Of a stretch of 64,000 nt of DNA, positions 51,559-63,720 are shown one piece after another (the first letter of the stretch is position 1; each line of letters starts with the position of its first letter). Made by a program: the position numbers and the translations under genes. A model generated the notes under the pieces. That model was not told the origin of the DNA. It worked only from the letters and a program-made list of their open reading frames with translations, and made no database searches. Source of the stretch: Octopus vulgaris (lineage: Eukaryota). Location: the NCBI GenBank assembly GCA_951406725.2, contig OX597841.1, forward strand, positions 19,592,001-19,656,000, written 5' to 3'.

Positions 51559-52060
51559 GTGCGCGCACACGCGTAGTCGCGCTAGCTAGTCGTGACGGGT
51601 CGATCCTACAACGACTTCGTAGCAAAGTAAATAAAACACAAAATAATTTTTCTTGCACAAAGTAAATAAAACACAAAAACACGAAGGATCGACTAGTCAT
51701 GACTAGCTAGAGCGGATGCGCGAGTACGCGCGTGCGCGCACCGGGGTCACTGTTCGCTAGTAGTACCTGTCTGTGTGTGTGCGTAAATGTGTGTGCGTGT
51801 GTGTGTGCGTGTGTGCGTAAATGTGTGTTTGTGTGTGTGTGCGGAAGCATTTTTTTAATCGTGTGAGCTGTCATTGGTGGTGCATGCACTCTGCGCATGC
51901 GCATTGCATGCGCCTTCCATTGTGCATGCGCGCACGCGCGTCCGTTCGTGCATGTATGTGCGCGCATGCGCAATTGCGTGTGAAGCAATTGACAGGGCAA
52001 CGCCGCATCAACGTAAACAAACCATCAACGTAAACAACACAAGCACGCGCCAATGAATGG
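51559..52060. promoter_or_regulatory. CpG-rich promoter/enhancer-like island
   Basis: High local CpG density. NRF-1-type YGCGCAYGCGCR at 51892-51903 and 51961-51972; FOXO-type GTAAACAA at 52013-52020 and 52030-52037; GTAAATA at 51627 and 51662; CCAAT near 52050; ETS-like GCGGAAG at 51841. Confidence 0.55.
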
Positions 52061-52074
52061 AGGAAGCCGTGTTG

Positions 52075-53225
52075 TCTTGCAGAAATAGCAGTCAGGTCTC
52101 CCTCGAATCACACACTTTACACCCCACATTAAGAAAAAAAAAAGAGAAGATTATGTGGTTCTAGGTGCAAAAACACTACCCGCCTAAAAAGAAATAAGAA
52201 AGGTTGGCCACGGCTGGAAACGTCTTGGAACAGAGGCGATTAACAATAACACAGACTAACACACCACCACCACAAATTTAACTCAATACCAACAGACATT
52301 CAACTTCTTAGAAATAGCAGCTAAATCTCCCTCAAATTATACCTACTGTTTTGTGTGTGTGTGTGTGTAAGTGTGTGTGCGTGTGTGTGTGCGTGCGTAG
52401 GCGTGTGTGTATGATCCAATGAGGGAGACCTCTATATGGTAGCTAGACCTGTTTGAAATGGCACCGAAATCTCCCTCAAATCACGCCTAGTGTCTTATGC
52501 GCATTTTTATGAGGGAGAATCCTATATGGTAGATAGACATGTTAGAAATAGCAGTTAAATCTCTCAGATCACACCAACTGTTTTATGTACATAAATATGT
52601 ATGAGCGAGAGGGAAACTTCTATGGTAGCTAGACCTGTTAGAAATAGAAGCTAAATCTCCCGCTAATCATACCTGTCTACGGTACATATATACGTATGTA
52701 CGAGCCAGTGAGGGAGACCTCTATATGGTAGCTAGAACAGTCGGAAATAGCAGCTAAATCTCCTTCAAATCACGGTATATATGTATGAAAGGCGGCGAGC
52801 TGGCAGAAACGTTAGCACGCCGGGCGAAATGCTTAGCGGTATTTCGTCTGCGTTACGTTGTGAGTTCAAATTCCGCCGAGGTCGACTTTGCCTTTCATCC
52901 TTTCGGGGTCGATAAATTAAGTACCAGTTACGCACTGGGGTTGATGTAATCGACTTAATACCTATGTCTGTCCTTGTTTGTCCCCTCTGTGTTTAGCCCC
53001 TTGTGGGTAGTAAAGAACTAGAAATATATGTATGAGCCAATGAGGAAGGCCTCTGCCTGGTAGCTAGATCTGCAAGAAATAGCAGCTAAATTACCCTCAA
53101 ATCGCATTCTGTTGACATATGTATCTATGACAGTCAACAATGAAGACCTGTACATAGTAAATAGAATCAGTAGAAATAGCAGCCAAATTTCCCCTTATAT
53201 TCATAACCCTACAATCTTTAAAAAG
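52075..53225. repeat. Clustered array (about 8 copies) of a dispersed 65-100-bp motif
   Basis: gagggagacctctatatggtagctagacctgttagaaatagcagctaaatctccctcaaatcacac-like copies near 52080, 52310, 52421, 52511, 52608, 52710, 53042 and 53140. Confidence 0.85.
52789..53023 (+). mobile_element. SINE family B with 12-bp target-site duplication
   Basis: ggcggcgagctggcagaaacgttagc...gagttcaaattcc (B box)...taaagaa; TSD atatatgtatga at 52777-52788 and 53024-53035. Other copies at 15458-15690, 42458-42670, 44828-44972 and 59010-59228; minus copies at 7190-7800, 19850-20060, 38500-38710, 60000-60180, 61020-61210 and 62930-63110. Confidence 0.9.
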
Positions 53226-53932
53226 CAGGGGGGGGGGACATTAGGTTATGTAGTTCTAGTTTTGTCCCAAAAAACAAAAAGGTGCCCATATGTCTGCTCG
53301 ATCCAGACTAGCCCAGGGTTAACCATCATCATCAGCATCAACAGTATCAACATATGATGACATCTGACCACTACGTTACTACTACAATCTCCACCACCAC
53401 CATCACCTTAAACATTTGACAAGCATCGTCAGCACCAGGGCACCGATATAGCACAAGAACCATTCTACCATTAGTAGTAATATGTATATATATGCATTTT
53501 TATAAAAGCTGCAAAAGCATCACGACTCATCAGTTTCACGTTCCTGTTCGTTGGACATTTGTGACTTTATCCAGTCTTGATCACAACTGGCTGACGAATG
53601 CCAACGTTGAACTCTGGGTCAGTTTTCTGATGTTTTTGCAACTTTAACAAAAAAAAAAAAAGCATATTACTCTACTTTCAGTATTTGGGTACTATTTTCT
53701 CACCAGGTTTTGCATTTATATAGTTCCTAGTGGAAAGCACGGATTTTTGTCAGTGAACAGGTCGCGGTCTCAAAGCGACGAAAATATTTTGACAAATTAA
53801 ACTTAAATGTTGAAGTGAATCGAACGGCTTTTGTGTGTTTCTTAAATGGCTTATAAACACCTTCCACGCTGCAATTGTTTTCGTTCCAGCACACGATCTC
53901 AGATCAAATCACTCGCTATGCGAGTACATCTC

Positions 53933-53968
<36 letters not shown>

Positions 53969-53971
53969 GTA

Positions 53972-54028
<57 letters not shown>

Positions 54029-54118
54029 GGTAAGACAACAAAAGAAAGAAAGAGACCTCGATATTATGTAAATAGAGGAATTTATCTGTAAATTTTCATA
54101 GCATTTTTCCGATGGCCG

Positions 54119-54179
54119 GATAACTGAAGAGATGGCGGTGTGGATTTCCACCTCGGCATCCGAAACTCGGAGTTTTATC
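54119..54179 (+). ncRNA. Type-I hammerhead ribozyme motif
   Basis: gataa-CTGAAGA-gatg...catc-c-GAAA-ctcgga-GTT-ttatc: perfect 5-bp stem I, stem III ACTC/GAGT. Confidence 0.65.
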
Positions 54180-54619
54180 ATGGCTACCGAATAATTGTCA
54201 CATATTACATTTACAGATATATATATATATATATATGTCTGGGGAGAGTCATTTTCTTAATCAAGATAACCAAATCCGAAAACGAAATATATGTGTGTAT
54301 GTGTGTGTGTGTATGTGTGTGCTTGCATATGTGTGTGTATATATATATATACAAACATGTAAACACAAAGGCATGAATACACAACATACATACATGCATA
54401 TACATATATACAGTTGTCAATTGTGGAACACGACTGTCACTACTACTACCACTACAACACAGACCTGATGATTGTGCAAAACATGAAAGTACTAGTTTTA
54501 TCACAATAACTATATAATATTCCATTACTACGATATTGTAAAACTGTAAAAATTGTAAATAATAAAAGGTGAAAATCAGACTAAGTTGGAATTTCTTCTA
54601 TACACAATCATACAAACTT

Positions 54620-54673
54620 GGATATATATATGTATATACACATGTATATACATACACATGTATATACATATAC

Positions 54674-54741
<68 letters not shown>

Positions 54742-55224
54742 TATTATTTATTATTTGAGTATGCATGTATGTATTTATGTATATATGGATGCGCGCGTGT
54801 GTGCGTGTATGTGTATGCATATGTATAAACATATGTATACATTTATGCATGTATGTACTTATGTATATATAGTTGCGCGTGTGTGTGTGTATGTGTATGC
54901 ATGTGTGTATGTATATGTATGTGTATATATGTATATATATACATGTGAGTATGTATGTGTATGTGTATATATGTGTATATGAGTATGGGTATATATGTGT
55001 ATATGCATGTATGTATGTGTATGTGTGTACACGTATGGACTTGTTGGGTTTCTTTTTCATATATGTAGATAGATGTGTGTGCGGGTGTATTAGTAGGTGC
55101 ATGTGTATATATATGTGTATGTATATGTATAGATATATGGATGTATGGGTATGTAGGTATGTATATGACTGGTGTAAGTATATATGTGTGTATGTATATG
55201 TAGGTATACGCGTACGTGTATGTG

Positions 55225-55278
<54 letters not shown>

Positions 55279-55751
55279 CGTACATGCATACATGCAAAAA
55301 TATCTACATCTATACATACGTGCATACACACATGCATACATACATACATACATACATACAAACATACATACATATATACATACATAGAATTCACACCGTA
55401 TCCAGATTATAAATTCACATTTATTCCAAGGATAACTACAGAAAACTGTTTCCAAACCTCCAGCTTGTCCATCCAAATTTAAACTGGGATTTATACCAAT
55501 AATAATTGTTGCACTTAGTTTTGTGAATAACTTTGTTAGTAACAATCTGGTTAAGCTTATATTTACAGAAATAGACATTTAACCAGTAAATTTGCACATT
55601 ACAAAAGACAATGTAAGTGGAACAGTAAAAATATGCGAAATTTTTCTCAAGTTCATAATGTGATATTATTTTCGTTATCTTTTGTAGAAACCTGCGTTTC
55701 TTAGGAGAATATTTCAAATAATTAAAAACATCCATCCATTCATTCATACCT

Positions 55752-55840
<89 letters not shown>

Positions 55841-56350
55841 CATACATACATGCATACATACCCACATATATACATACATATATATTCATGCACGTACATG
55901 GATACATACGTGCATACATACTTGCATACATACATATATATACACACATATATACATACATACATGCATATGCATATTCGTACATATATACATACTTGCA
56001 TACATACATACATACATACATACATACACATACATACATACTTGCATACATACATACATACATGCATACACACATACATTCACAAATACATACATACATA
56101 CACACTTATATACATGCATACATACACATACATACATACATTCTTGCCTACATACATACATACATACATGCATACATACATGCATACATGCATACATACA
56201 TGCATACATGCATACATACATGCATACACAAATCATACATACATGCATACATACATGCATACACACATACATACATACATACATACATACATACATACAT
56301 ACATACATACATACATACATACACATGCATACGTACATACATACATACAT
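54620..56350. repeat. (TA)/(TATG)/(CATA)n microsatellite field with a unique spacer at about 55390-55740
   Basis: Direct reading. Confidence 0.9.
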
Positions 56351-57975
56351 AAGACTGGCTACCACTTCTAGCAGGTCTGGCTTCTATCACATATAAACCC
56401 AGTAACACCAGACACCTCTCCACCACCACCACCACCATCACCACCACTGTCACCTCCACCACCCCCGAAGAGCCAGCCGACTTCAGCCACCGCCGCCGTT
56501 AAACATGACGTCTCTGCCAGACATACCAACAGCACTATCAGCTTCCCTTCCCCACCATCAACAATAGACCCGAACCTGATGAGCAGATGAGGGAGGAGAC
56601 GTCGATGTGGTAGCGAGAAAATGTTTGCATCAACAGCCAAATCTTCCTCAAATCACACTCTTGTACGTATGCATGTATATACATACTCCATATATACAAA
56701 CGCGCGTGCACACACACTCTGGAACACATTAATAAGTATGAATCAATGAAGGAACTTCTATGCGGTGGTAACTAAGACCTGCTAGAAAGAGTAACCAAAT
56801 CTCCCTCAAATCACATTTTACTATTTTATGTATGTATTACGTACGTATGTACATATGTATGTATGCATATGAATGTATGTGTGTGATTATGTATGTGCAA
56901 GTATGTGTATATATATATATATACATACATGCACATATATGCATATATGAAGGTATATATGTTTGTGGCATGTGTGTGTGTGCGTGTATGTATATATGTG
57001 TGTGTGTGTATGTATGTATGTATGTATGTATGATCAATGATGGGGTGTTTACATTATGGTCGGTAGACCTGCTAGAAATAACAGTCAAGTCTGCCTATAG
57101 TCTTTAGAACAGTCCATGTTGGATGATGCACGGTCTGGGTATGTTGCACATGAGAAGAAAGACTCGAAAAAGACCCAGCTGGAGTAGGTTTGGTTCATAG
57201 GTCTGCTTGATTATGGCTGGGCAAGGGTTAAACAAGAACCAGACGGATTTACCACCACCACCACCAGCAGACAACACTACCATCATCATATCATCGTTGC
57301 TACTTCATGAACAACACCGACAGCAGGTACCAACGGCATTAAAACACCACCACCACCAGACATCTCTGCCACCACCGCTACTACAACCACATCTTTACCA
57401 CCGCACCACCACCACTGCCACCAGACATCTCTGCCGCCGCCGCCACCACATCCACCAGACATCTCCATCGCCACCGTCACCACCACCACCACCACCGCCA
57501 CTAACAGACAACTTAGCCTCATTTTCATTCAGTCAGTAAAATGCCTCGTTTGCAACAGTGACGACTGCATAGAGTTAAGATGGTGGTGGTTGGTGGTGGT
57601 GAGGTCGATGCACTGTTGTGGTGTGAATGATTGGTGCAACGGTTTGGTGCAGTGATGTGGCTTCCTGTAGTTGTGTAGTCAGTGCAAATCAGTGGCATAG
57701 AGTGGAGGAGTTTTGTGTTGTAGTGTTGTTGAGTGGATCAGTGGTTATGAAGACAGGATCAGGTAGAGACTGCAGAAGAAATTTTGATGGCTCAACGAAG
57801 TGGCTGCTGCAATGCCTTGTGCTGGGGTGAAGAGAGCGAGATGAGGCAAGCAAGGCATTTTGGTCATCCACTAAATTTGCCTCAATCCCCAGCTGTTTCG
57901 ACCTGGTCTTCCCAATGGGCTGAAGACAGTCATGGATGAGAGAAAGAGAGTGTGTGAGGTTTGACGGTGTCTGAC

Positions 57976-58306
57976 TCTTCTTCATTTAAACCAGTTTAAA
58001 CCGGCCATATCTTCTTCATTTAAACCAGTTTAAACCAGCCATATCTTCTTCATTTAAACCAGTTTAAACCAGCCATATCTTCTTCATTTAAACCAGTTTA
58101 AACCAGCCATATCTTCTTCATTTAAACCAGTTTAAACCAGCCATATCTTCTTCATTTAAACCAGTTTAAACCAGCCATATCTTCTTCATTTAAACCAGTT
58201 TAAACCAGCCATATCTTCTTCATTTAAACCAGTTTAAACCAGCCATATCTTCTTCATTTAAACCAGTTTAAACCAGCCATATCTTCTTCATTTAAACCAG
58301 TTTAAA
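57976..58306. repeat. 34-bp minisatellite, about 10 units
   Basis: Unit tcttcttcatttaaaccagtttaaaccagccata. Confidence 0.95.
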
Positions 58307-58916
58307 TCAAGTCCTAATATTTTACCTGTTTTATGTACAAACTGGCTGAGTTAGCCTACAATGTCATTTTGAAAATCAAGTCACATCATCAAAATTTCAA
58401 ATTTAAAATGTGATGAGGGGCCTAAGTGGTTCATGTTACTCTGATGGGTGACTGTGTTGCCCCAAGCAGATCTCATAAAACAACAGACTTATGTTCAAAA
58501 GCATTCAAGCCAGTCATGACCATCTGTTAGATTTCTTTTTCCACCAAGGCGGCAAACTGGTAGAATTGCTATTAAACCAGGCTCAATGCTTATGGTGGTA
58601 TTTTATCTGTCTTTGCATTCTGAGTTCAAATCCCACTGACGGGGTTGATAAAATAAGTACCAGTTGAGCAATGGGGGTCAATATAATCAATTTACCCATG
58701 TCCCAGAAATTGCTGGCCTTGAGCCAAAAATTTAAAATCATTATTATTATTATTAGTCTTCTTTTTGCTTCTATATCTTCTGGAGGAGTTACCTTAATCC
58801 TATAAAATATTAACCAAAATGACGTAGATTGACACATTCATTTTTTGAACCTGTAGAAGACACACAAGATGTCGAAATACCGTTCACTTGATAACAATGG
58901 CACTCTTCTTTTTTTG

Positions 58917-58948
<32 letters not shown>

Positions 58949-59229
58949 TAGAACATGCCTGTAATACAAAGGATTATTATGATTATAATCAGTTATTAAC
59001 ATAATCCGTAAGGTGGTGAGCCAGCAGAGTCATTGTACGCTGCTGGGCAAAATTCTTAGCAGTATTTCATCTGCTGCTTGGTTCCGAGTTCAAATTCTGC
59101 TGAAGTCGACTTTGCCTTTCATCCTTTTGGGGTTGATAAATTAAGGGCCAGTGAAACACTGGGGTCGATGTAATTGACTATCTCCCTCCCCTCCAGATTT
59201 CAGGCCTTGTGCCTTTGGTAGAAAGGATT

Positions 59230-59602
59230 ATTATTACCTCTGCCTTAGCAAAGGCAGAGGTATTGTTTTCAGTCGTATTTGTTTGTTTGTTTGTCCCTTA
59301 GACAAGATATCTCAAGAACTGCTGGATGGATTCGGCTGAAACTTTAAGGGATGTTTGACCTCATGACTGGCACAAACCAATTAGATTTTGGGATTGATCC
59401 GGAACCGGACATGCATTCTGGAATATCTTTCTTGTTCTTTTGCTTAATTTTTTAGGGTGGTCGGCTTTAGTATTCTCATTTGTGAGAGACGTCAAGTTTA
59501 TTTCAGAGATTTTCATTTTAAAAACCATCTCCAACGAATCATTGAGAGGACATTGGTGTTGCCTTGGTGGAAGTTTGTGCTCTCCAAGGGCTGTTTCTGT
59601 TT
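59230..59602 (+). mobile_element. Helentron/DINE-1-like non-autonomous element
   Basis: ttattacctctgcctt-agca-aaggcagaggta subterminal hairpin, then (GTTT)n, and a 3' gccttggtggaag...ctctccaagggc end. Confidence 0.55.
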
Positions 59603-59817
59603 CAACACACGATTTCACATCAAAAATCTTGCAAAACAAATATATAAACGTATATATATATATATATAGGCGCAGGAGTGGCCGTGTGGTAAGTAGCTTG
59701 CTAGCACAGGTTCAATCCCACTGCGTGGCACCTTGGGCAAGTGTCTTCACCTATAGCCTCGGTCCGACCAAAGCCTTGTGAGCAGATTTGGTAGATGAAA
59801 GCTGAAATAAGCCCATC

Positions 59818-59849
<32 letters not shown>

Positions 59850-60194
59850 CTGTGTTTGTCCCCCACCATCGCTTGACAACCAATGTTGGTGTGTTCACAT
59901 CCCCGTAACTTAGCGGTTCGGCAAAAGAGACCAATAGAATAAGTACTAGTATATTTTGTCCGGCATGCCAATGATTATTATAATGATAATGATTTCAAAT
60001 TTTAGCACAAGGCCAGTAATTTTTGGTGTACCAGTGTATCACTGGTACTTATTTTATCAACCCAAAAGGATGAAAGGCAAAGTTGACCCCAGCGGAATCT
60101 GAACTTAGAAAGTAAAGATGGACGAAATGCCGTTAAGCACTGTGCCCAGCATGCTAATGATTCTGCCAGCTGGCCACCTTAATAATAATATTGT

Positions 60195-60560
60195 AACCTT
60201 TAGGAGGGAGAAACAAGAGGCCCTAATAATTGAGATGGCAGTGCCAGAAGATCAACATATCATCAGGAAAGAAAGAGAAAAGGTTGATAAACATGGGGAC
60301 GTGATAAATGAGATGACCAAGATGTGGTAGCTATGAGAGTCCCTGTTGTCATCAGGGCATTGGGTTCAATACCCACCAACCTAAAGAAACATCTGGGAAC
60401 TTTAGAAATACCCTACAAACTAGATGTATTGCAAAAATCGGAATAACTTGGAACTGCATGCATATTGCGTGAAGTAGTGTCTGTCTGAGGTCCTTGTTGG
60501 GAGTTGACAAATGGTGCAAACCCCCAGCAGACACAATATCTTCAATCAACAACGTCACAG
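60195..60560 (+). mobile_element. Diverged R4-like endonuclease fragment
   Basis: ALIIEMAVPEDQHIIRKEREKVDK...KMW...VPVVIRALG, broken by a stop and frameshift. Confidence 0.65.
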
Positions 60561-60584
60561 TATTGGATTCTGTGTGAAGTCTTA

Positions 60585-60620
<36 letters not shown>

Positions 60621-60623
<3 letters not shown>

Positions 60624-60960
60624 CTTCAGACAAAGAACATGCCTCCTCATTGATATGACTGTCCCAATCGATTTAAACGTATCTGTCAAGACCTACCAAA
60701 AACTGAGCAAATATAAAGATCTTGAAATAGAAATCAGCAAAATGTGGAACCTGAAGACCAAAACAATACCTGTTGTCATAGGTGCCCTGGGAATGATAGT
60801 GAAAGGGGCTGATTGCTACCTAACTCAGATAATAGGAAACCCAAAAATGGCAGAAATTCAAAAGATAGTGCTCATGGGAACTGCTCATATCCTATGCAAA
60901 ATACTTTCTCAAGTTTTAAAACAAACATAATTTTCATATGTTCTTTTAGGCCTTCACTAG
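60621..60960 (+). mobile_element. R4/Dong-like endonuclease fragment starting right after (TAA)n
   Basis: CLLIDMTVPIDLNVSVKTYQKLSKYKDLEIEISKMWNLKTKTIPVVIGALG. Confidence 0.85.
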
Positions 60961-61208
60961 TACAACACCAAGTACAAAACCATATATATGGCACACTAGG
61001 CATAACACCAACATGAACAGACAAGGACAGACAAATGGATTAATTCGATTATATCGACCCCAGTGCAAACTGGTACTTAACTTATCGATCCCGAAAGGGA
61101 TGAAAGGCAAAGTCGACCTCGGTGGAATTTGAACTCAGAACGTACCGGCAGACGAAATACCGCCAAGCATTTTACCTGGCATACTAACAATTCTGCCAGT
61201 TTGCCACC

Positions 61209-61239
<31 letters not shown>

Positions 61240-61240
61240 T

Positions 61241-61285
<45 letters not shown>

Positions 61286-61453
61286 CTTGAACTAAGGTAA
61301 CACCTTTTTTTTTTTTTTGCTCAAATACTCCGGAAGGTGCTCAAAAAATAAGAGGTGTTACCTTAGTTCACTGGTAGTGAACAGCTGACACTGTAGCACA
61401 TCTCCAGCGTTAGAAGCTGTGCAAAGGCAATAATAATGATAAGAGTAATAATT

Positions 61454-62356
61454 ACCCTGATGCAGTACCAGGCAGTGGCTCTAATGGCCTGATGCAGTAC
61501 CAGGCAGTGGCTCTAATGGCCTGATGCAGTACCAGGCAGTGGCTCTAATGCCCTGATGCAGTACCAGGCAGTGGCTCTAATGCCCTGATGCAGTACCAGG
61601 CAGTGGCTCTAATGCCCTGATGCAGTACCAGGCAGTGGCTCTAATGCCCTGATGCAGTACCAGGCAGTGGCTCTAATGCCCTGATGCAGTACCAGGCAGT
61701 GGCTCTAATGCCCTGATGCAGTACCAGGCAGTGGCTCTAATGCCCTGATGCAGTACCAGGCAGTGGCTCTAATGGCCTGATGCAGTACCAGGCAGTGGCT
61801 CTAATGCCCTGATGCAGTACCAGGCAGTGGCTCTAATGCCCTGATGCAGTACCAGGCAGTGGCTATCGTGGCTTCTGATTGGAAGTGTTATCATGTACAT
61901 TGTTTTGTCTTGGTATAAAAGATGGCCTACAGCAAATATTCTGCAAAATACCACAGATTTGCTTGTCAGTTGTTTGACCGTAACCAGTTGAGCATGTCCC
62001 TTAGTGGCTGACGATATGTGCATCTCTGATCAAGAGCAGAAGTAGTGGGGGAGCATCATAGCCATGTGTTGAGAGGGATTCTTTGGGGTTTGGATAATTT
62101 ACCTTTAGAAACATAGGTGTTTTTTTCAACATCCTTAAACAAACCTTACTCAGAGACCTTTTGAGCAGGATCTGCTACTCAACCTGAAAGGTCATGGGCT
62201 GTTTATCTTGATATGAGAAAACCATGTTGCGCACATATGGTTGTGATGCATGTGCTGGGTGTAACCTTATCAGATGGGTAGCCATGATGGGTATACTGGG
62301 CTTCGTATATTTTACCCCAGTGTCACTTTGATGGCATGCACTGCTCTCTCACTCAA
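61454..62356. mobile_element. Third copy of the 560-bp repeat with its first 32 bp amplified about 13 times
   Basis: Unit gccctgatgcagtaccaggcagtggctctaat is tandem over 61454-61863, then the body continues. Confidence 0.88.
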
Positions 62357-62367
62357 TAATAATAATA

Positions 62368-62606
62368 ATAGTAGGTGCATTAGGTATTAAAAAAATATTC
62401 AGAAAAATACACAACAAAAACACCAGGACTAACAAGTATATATAACATACAGAAAATAGCACCACTAGGCACCGGACACATCCTACCTAAAACATTCTTT
62501 TCATTACAGTAAAAATAAGAGCACCACAACAAACCACAGCACAAACCCAAGGCACACAGAGCTGTGCTCGGTAGTGCAGTGGAAGCACATAATAAAAACA
62601 AGATTA

Positions 62607-62659
<53 letters not shown>

Positions 62660-62673
62660 CAACAACAATAACA

Positions 62674-62731
<58 letters not shown>

Positions 62732-62744
62732 CAACAACAATAAC

Positions 62745-62785
<41 letters not shown>

Positions 62786-62805
62786 CAACAACAATAACAA
62801 TAGTA

Positions 62806-62876
<71 letters not shown>

Positions 62877-62898
62877 AACAACAATAACAATAGTAATA

Positions 62899-62929
<31 letters not shown>

Positions 62930-62930
62930 T
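62368..62930 (+). mobile_element. Extreme 3' end of the 38-kb R4-like family plus a long (AAT/AAC)n tail
   Basis: gtaggtgcattagg...aaaaaatattcaga...cccaaggcacacagagctg...tactgaataataat matches 38208-38460. Confidence 0.8.
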
Positions 62931-63394
62931 TTTGACACAAGGCCAGCAATTTTGTGGGATGGGGCAAATGATTACATCAATCCCTGCGTTCAACTGGTAT
63001 TAATTTTATTTATCCCGAAAGGCGATGTTAACCTTGGTGGAATTTGAACTCAGAATTTGACAGACAAAATGCTGTTAAGCAATTTGTCTGGGGCAGCAAT
63101 GATTCTGTCCGCTTGATGCCGTATCATAGAAGAGTTGGGTTAAGTTGACTCGGTCACCATACTATTGATTACATTACTGTTATCATCACTGGTGCTAAAA
63201 TCAATATTTGAAGCCAAACCAGCAAGGGAGAGCCATACATGATTTTTAAACACAGCAGAAATGGCAGCCAAATCTCCCTCAATTCTTAAGAGCTTACTGC
63301 TTTATGTATATGTGTGTGTGTGTGTGTGTTTGTGTGCATGTATGTGTGTACATGTGTGTGTGGGTGTGTGAGCATAAGGGCATGTGTGTGTGTA

Positions 63395-63720
63395 TGGAGG
63401 GTACCTGTGGAAGAGGTAGACCCAGGAAGACATGGCACGAGAAGGTGAAGCATCATCTTCAGGTGTTTGGTCTCATCCAGGTGATGACAGGTGACTGAGA
63501 CTTCTGGTGATTTGCTGTATTTGAGAAAACATGTCAAACCAAAACGTGGACAGTGCCAGTGACACAAAAAAGGCATCTACGAGATTCTTGGAGTGGCTGG
63601 CATTAGGAAGGGCTTCAAGCCATTGAAACCAAACCACAGCCAACTGGAGCCTGGCTTACTAGTTCCAGTGAAATCATCTAACCCATGCCAACATGGAAAA
63701 TGGATGCTAAATGTTGATGA
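63395..63720 (+). mobile_element. Degenerate 3' fragment of the same RTE LINE
   Basis: EGTCGRGRPRKTW..KVKHHL followed by the ttaggaagggc...aacccatgcc tail. Confidence 0.75.

Noticed and set aside
51767-52000. First coding exon ending at cag|GTacta
   Set aside because: Translation is CA-repeat-like, lacks the MPF..DWRSPG motif, and the annotated ORF is in the wrong phase.
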